DNA of 64,000 nucleotides from Parcubacteria group bacterium (GTDB lineage Bacteria; Patescibacteriota; Minisyncoccia; Phycocordibacterales; UBA2100): NCBI GenBank assembly GCA_943358385.1, contig CALRGX010000001.1, positions 66,380 to 130,379 of the forward strand, read 5' to 3'. Shown piece by piece: positions 59,927 to 64,000 of this stretch (position 1 is its first letter; each line of letters starts with the position of its first letter). The notes under the pieces were generated by a model. It saw only the letters and a program-made list of their open reading frames with translations, ran no database searches and was not told where the DNA came from. The position numbers and the translations under genes were made by a program.

Positions 59927-61066
59927 TTACACCGTGAGGAGACCGATCTTGAGCTGGTCACCTGCGGTGCTCCAACCCAGAGGAATGACCACATCGTTCT
60001 CTTCAGGAACGGCCGTGGGCTCCGGTATGTCACGCTCGGTTTCGGCTCGAATGCACACGGTGTCGGCCGTATCTGGCGGAGGCAAGCCCCACCATTTCGG
60101 ACCGTTCAGTGCACTGAAGCGTACCCAGCGGCCATCAAGCACGTCTGCTCGCTCGAATGCAAGGGCATACAGTGCGAGGCAGTGCGGCAGATAGCAGCCG
60201 TTAGCGCATTCGTCGAGCTCTCCTTGCTTGAGCTGCGAGAGATGCGGTGCGGTGTCGTCACCCAAAATGGCGCGGAAATCACCGGAGGTTACAAATGCCG
60301 CAACCGGGGAGCGATGTCGTTCGCCTTTGAGAATCGGCATGCACTTCAGATGATTTCGCCATGAGTAGCGGCCGAAATCTTCGTCGGTAAAGAGGATGTG
60401 CTGCGGTGTGAATGTTCCGACTGTTCTGCCGCTCGTGTCTGCCTTGATGAAGGCGACAGCGTCTTCAGTGCTTGCATGCTCGAAGCAGATGCGCAGTCGA
60501 GGGTGCCGATCGCGGATGCGCCAGAGGTGTTCTTTGATGAAGTAGCTCTCGCGCTCGCTGTGCGGCAATTCCTTGCCGTCGTTGTCGTAGACACTTTCGA
60601 AGTGTCCCAAGAGTGGCACGCCGGTGTCTTCCATCGCTTCCAGCATTGAACGGCTCTCCCATAAGGGGATGCCGTGGCCGGAGCCGGTGGTTGCACCTTT
60701 GTGCGGCGGGTAATGCTTCACAGCGTAGACGACCGAAGATTTCGCGATGCGCTCGATTACTGCCGGTGTAACATCCACCGTGTGATAGAGCGTCATCAGA
60801 ATTTTCTTCAGCGTCCGGATGCCGTCATTCATGGCGACGGCCATCAACTCTTCGTGGTAGCTCAACGCTTCCTCGATGGTTCTGATGGGGCCGTTGTTCG
60901 GCATCGCCAGCACATAGAGCATGTGCTTCACGATGTGTTTGGTGACGGCACGCATCAGCGCATCTCTGCGAAAGTGCGTGTGGAAGTTCGACGGGCGCGG
61001 GGTAACGATGCGCAGAATACTGCCGTCAGCATTTCGGGTTACGAGTGCTTTCAGATTGTTGGTCAC
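59927..61066 (-). CDS. pyrC: dihydroorotase (class II, E. coli PyrC-type), GTG start
   Basis: HTHFR (HxH), …KHYPPHKGATTGSGHG…, C-terminal GDDTAPH and alignment to E. coli PyrC C-terminus; RBS AAGAAAGGAAGA before GTG. Confidence 0.8.
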   Translation of the reverse strand: MTNNLKALVTRNADGSILRIVTPRPSNFHTHFRRDALMRAVTKHIVKHMLYVLAMPNNGPIRTIEEALSYHEELMAVAMNDGIRTLKKILMTLYHTVDVTPAVIERIAKSSVVYAVKHYPPHKGATTGSGHGIPLWESRSMLEAMEDTGVPLLGHFESVYDNDGKELPHSERESYFIKEHLWRIRDRHPRLRICFEHASTEDAVAFIKADTSGRTVGTFTPQHILFTDEDFGRYSWRNHLKCMPILKGERHRSPVAAFVTSGDFRAILGDDTAPHLSQLKQGELDECANGCYLPHCLALYALAFERADVLDGRWVRFSALNGPKWWGLPPPDTADTVCIRAETERDIPEPTAVPEENDVVIPLGWSTAGDQLKIGLLTV

Positions 61067-61140
61067 GGGTCTTCCTTTCTTAACGAGCGGCAACTTGCGG
61101 CACCTTAGCAGAGGAGGGTGGGGACGGCAATACAAAAGTA

Positions 61141-61180
61141 GTGGCGGCACCAAAGGTGCCGCCACTGAATTTTTGACCCG
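61141..61180 (-). terminator. hairpin GTGGCGGCACC-AAA-GGTGCCGCCAC + T-run, terminator of pyrD
   Basis: read directly; excludes upstream extension of pyrC ORF. Confidence 0.6.
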
Positions 61181-61182
61181 TC

Positions 61183-62136
61183 TTACACTTCTTCGGCAAG
61201 GTGCCGGAGGATGTCGTCGCGAATGAACGTGGGGTCTTCACCGGCCTCACGGAACGCACTGTTCATCTGAGTGAGAAACGCGCCCGTGCGCTTCATGGTC
61301 CTGATGCGATCAGCACTGTTCACACCGCCGGTACCGATCACGATCTTGCTTGCGTCCTTGAGTATCGTGGCACTCGAGTGCACATGCCCCAAGACGATGG
61401 GGAAGATTGCGGGGCCACCCACACCACCGCGGATGATACCGTTGTCGGTTTGGATTGCTGGCTTGCCGTCAGGAAGAAGGTCGAAACCGTTCGGAACGGT
61501 GTTGCAGGTAACGATACCGTTCATGACGCTCGACTTGGCAACGAGTCGAATGTTGTGCTCGAGTGTTGGCTGTGGCATTCCTGCGGATATTTTCCACAGG
61601 ATGATTGCCTTGGTCGGACCAACTTCTGTTTCGAGCGTTTCAAAGAGTTCGCTCGTCGCGTCGGTATCGTAGCAGAGGATGGGCATCGCCCGTCCTTGGT
61701 TCGCCTTGTCGGCCTTGTTGGGGCACGATCCGTTAACGGTAATTATTTCAAAACCGGCGGCAATCGCGCGCTTGATAAGCGCGACAGTGTCGAACACGCT
61801 TTGGCCGGACACATTGATCCAGAAGGTCAGGCCGCTGTCGCGTGCGCGCAGGCAGAGTTCAGGGCCATGTTGCTCGGCATACTTCATTCCTGGATTGGTA
61901 AGGCCAATCGAGTTCAGGGTGAAGTCGAGCTCGTGCCCGTTGTATGCGGCAAAGTAATCGCGTCCGCCGTTTCCGAGGGATTCGTCGGTGGTGAATGATC
62001 CCCATTCAAACATGGTGTCAGCAGCAATAAGCCGCTGTGCGTGATCGGCAGTTTTCACAATGCCGCCAGCGACCATGGTTGGGTAGGGGAAGGTCACTCC
62101 TTTGAATTTTCTCGAGAAGTCTTCGATAACGCCCAT
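61183..62136 (-). CDS. pyrD: dihydroorotate dehydrogenase (class 1-like)
   Basis: NGSCPN, IGTGGVNSADRIRTMKRTGAFLTQMNSAF (C-terminal FMN/active-site region). Confidence 0.8.
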   Translation of the reverse strand: MGVIEDFSRKFKGVTFPYPTMVAGGIVKTADHAQRLIAADTMFEWGSFTTDESLGNGGRDYFAAYNGHELDFTLNSIGLTNPGMKYAEQHGPELCLRARDSGLTFWINVSGQSVFDTVALIKRAIAAGFEIITVNGSCPNKADKANQGRAMPILCYDTDATSELFETLETEVGPTKAIILWKISAGMPQPTLEHNIRLVAKSSVMNGIVTCNTVPNGFDLLPDGKPAIQTDNGIIRGGVGGPAIFPIVLGHVHSSATILKDASKIVIGTGGVNSADRIRTMKRTGAFLTQMNSAFREAGEDPTFIRDDILRHLAEEV

Positions 62137-62259
62137 CGCTCTCTCCTTCGTTAAGGTCTAGGCTCACGGCACTATACGGGTGAGTGTGGACTGGTGCAAA
62201 CGCTGCACATACAAGAAGCCGCGCCCGGAAATCGGGCGCGGCCATGATGCGATGCAGAG

Positions 62260-62988
62260 TTACTTCACTGCAGTGGTTAAGAGCTCATAGAGCATGTACT
62301 CGAACAGTACGAAATTGAAGAACGTGTGGCTGACCGTTGAGTACCACGTAGCTTTTGCCCACCGTCCTTCCATGCCGCCGCATTTCAGATACACGACCGA
62401 TAGCGCGATGCCGCCGATGCCTTGCAGGAACAAGCTCAACCATCCGTGGTGCACTTAGGCAAAGAGCATGGATGAGCTGAGGACGATGCAGGCAAGTGGT
62501 ATGGGCGAGGTGGTAAAGAGCATCGACATGATGCTCAAAACCATCAGCGCACCGAGTACTGAAAGAATTTTGGGATCGAGCCCGTCTTTCCAGTAGGCGC
62601 CGAGGTGATCATATGCCACAGCGGCCACGACGACGGTGCCAGCGAGAACAATAGCGGTTGCTACCCACGATTTGCGCTGGGCGCTGATCGCAATTCCCAA
62701 TGGCAGCGTGCGAAATAGAAGCTCTTCGATGAGTGCGAAGAAAAACGCCGTTCCGAAGAGTCCCGTGTGAAAGAGGGCGCGTTTGTAATCGGCCGCGTAG
62801 TTTTCACCAAGGAACATCTTCACGAGCTCGTCGCTGTCTTCTTTGGTGCGAGCGGTAGCAAGATACGGTTCCAAAAGCTCGCCAATCGGGATGACCAGGA
62901 TCAGATCCACGATGGCCACTAGAATGGCGAAACCCAGGAGCCACATCGGGCCCCGCTCGTCACGTAACCACTTCACTGCGTCAGTCAT
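62260..62988 (-). pseudogene. CPBP (CAAX) intramembrane protease family gene interrupted by in-frame TAA (plus coordinates 62455-62457)
   Basis: motif 1 EELLFR upstream of stop; HxxxN motif (SHTFFN) downstream; both ORFs 62455..62988 and 62260..62454 in same frame. Confidence 0.5.
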
Positions 62989-63064
62989 CAGCTGTCCTCC
63001 ATGTTGACTTGCAAGACCATACCACTATTTATTAAAATAGCAAATAGGCCATGTTTCACTGCTC

Positions 63065-63502
63065 CTATGAGTGCGCTATGTTGTGCTCTACTTCAAAATA
63101 GCGCTTTCGCAGCGCTGCTTCGTCGCCATACTGTACGAAATCTTTTTCATGAGGTGCAGGAACGTAGCCGCGTTCTTCCAGGTGCGCAACACCACACCAG
63201 TAGTGTTCCGTCTTTCCGGCAATAACGGATGCATAGTGCAGCCAGCCATTTACATATCCACAGTACGCGCAGCCGAGGCGTTCTGACAGAGTTAGGTAGG
63301 GGAGTTTATAGCGATCAACAATGCGTATGTAGCGCGAGCGCTCCACGTACGGGATGCCGTACAGAGGGAAGCAGATGCGGTGATAGATTTCGAGACAGAT
63401 ATCCGACAGTAAAATAGGGAAAAGTACACTCCAGATAAAAGGGGTGGAAATAGCGTGCCGCATGGTGAGCCACTGTGCGTTCGAAGGGCGTCGGTTTTCC
63501 AT
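63065..63502 (-). CDS. membrane-anchored hypothetical protein (start probably MENRRPSN)
   Basis: ORF 63065..63661; Cys/Tyr/His-rich. Confidence 0.4.
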   Translation of the reverse strand: MENRRPSNAQWLTMRHAISTPFIWSVLFPILLSDICLEIYHRICFPLYGIPYVERSRYIRIVDRYKLPYLTLSERLGCAYCGYVNGWLHYASVIAGKTEHYWCGVAHLEERGYVPAPHEKDFVQYGDEAALRKRYFEVEHNIAHS

Positions 63503-63802
63503 GGCGCCATTATACACGGTGCGCTGGTTGTTCTCCCAGCCCGCGAAATCAACTGGATTGAAAACCCTTGTCCGTACACCTGCACACCTTGAATCAAGGT
63601 GTGCGGGCCCGCCCAGGCGCATTAATTTAATGTGCCTGGACATCTCAGGAGTCTCTCGCACACATGTTCTGCGCCGTCGCTTAAAACATGCGCGCGCCGC
63701 CTCGTGCTACCCGTTTTGCTAAACGGGTGCCCAGCACTCGCTTTCGAGTCCTACACGCAAAGTGTCCCCGGCACTTTGCTCGGGCTAGGTTGAAAACCTT
63801 TG

Positions 63803-63874
63803 TCCGCCCGTCAGGACTCGAACCTGAAACCACGAAGGTATAAGCTTCGCGCTCTACCATTGAGCTACAGGCGG
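63803..63874 (-). tRNA. tRNA-Ile, anticodon UAU (decodes AUA)
   Basis: cloverleaf: acceptor CCGCCTG/CGGGCGG, D-arm GCTC-AATGGTA-GAGC, anticodon stem CGAAG/CTTCG with loop CUUAUAC, T-arm TCAGG-TTCGAGT-CCTGA, discriminator A. Confidence 0.8.
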
Positions 63875-64000
63875 ACACAAGTTTCCAATCTCCTCGCTGC
63901 CAATGATAAGCTTCGCGCTCCCTGCCCGTACCGAACGGACACGTTCGGGCGGGTACCATTTCACACAAGGCGGGGATGCGCACACTATAGCGACACTTAA

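Noticed and set aside
61067-61165. N-terminal extension of pyrC back to GTG at 61165
   Set aside because: The extension reads through the pyrD terminator hairpin; a GTG with a good RBS at 61066 aligns with the E. coli PyrC N-terminus.
63880-63960. A second complete tRNA gene adjacent to tRNA-Ile
   Set aside because: No cloverleaf could be built: there is no anticodon-stem partner and no T-arm; only a 15-nt segment is shared with the neighbouring tRNA.

Overview
This window carries the conserved fusA–tuf–S10–spc–secY–adk–map gene string on the + strand, running from EF-G through L15, SecY, adenylate kinase and methionine aminopeptidase. Accessory genes have been inserted at six or more junctions. 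Ribosomal protein L30 is absent, S14 is the short zinc-ribbon type, and infA/rpmJ/rpsM/rpsK/rpoA/rplQ do not follow map. From this I infer a small-genome bacterium, possibly of the Patescibacteria type; the window contains no rRNA to anchor a taxonomic call.

The most interesting locus lies in the 5.3-kb gap between fusA and tuf. It looks like a thiazole/oxazole-modified peptide (TOMM/LAP-like) RiPP module. It has a YcaO cyclodehydratase on the - strand, a divergently transcribed 86-aa peptide ending in CSSCSTCSSCASCTSDGGCADSGCADSGCGASPGE, and a SagB-type FMN dehydrogenase. Two membrane-anchored unknowns accompany them.

Other supported features:
- a tmRNA (ssrA, - strand) with smpB nearby;
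- a tRNA-Ile with the rare UAU anticodon;
- a 943-aa TraD/VirD4/DUF87-like P-loop ATPase sitting where infA would normally be;
- three NMP kinases in tandem (gmk, cmk-like, adk);
- ndk, an RNase J-like beta-CASP nuclease, and a LOG/TIGR00725 protein;
- an rplT–rpmI–infC cluster on the - strand;
- an ECF sigma factor with anti-sigma partner beside a MacAB-like efflux system;
- a secreted M15 peptidase, a SulP permease, a patatin-like phospholipase, ftsH and pyrD–pyrC.

Two genes appear interrupted by in-frame stop codons: a CPBP protease (TAA) and a peptidoglycan-binding / Cys-rich secreted protein (TAG). There are also several families of GC-rich palindromes (arms built on CACACCTT…AAGGTGTG, TGCT-loop hairpins, and duplicated terminator palindromes) and a 62-bp tandem repeat.
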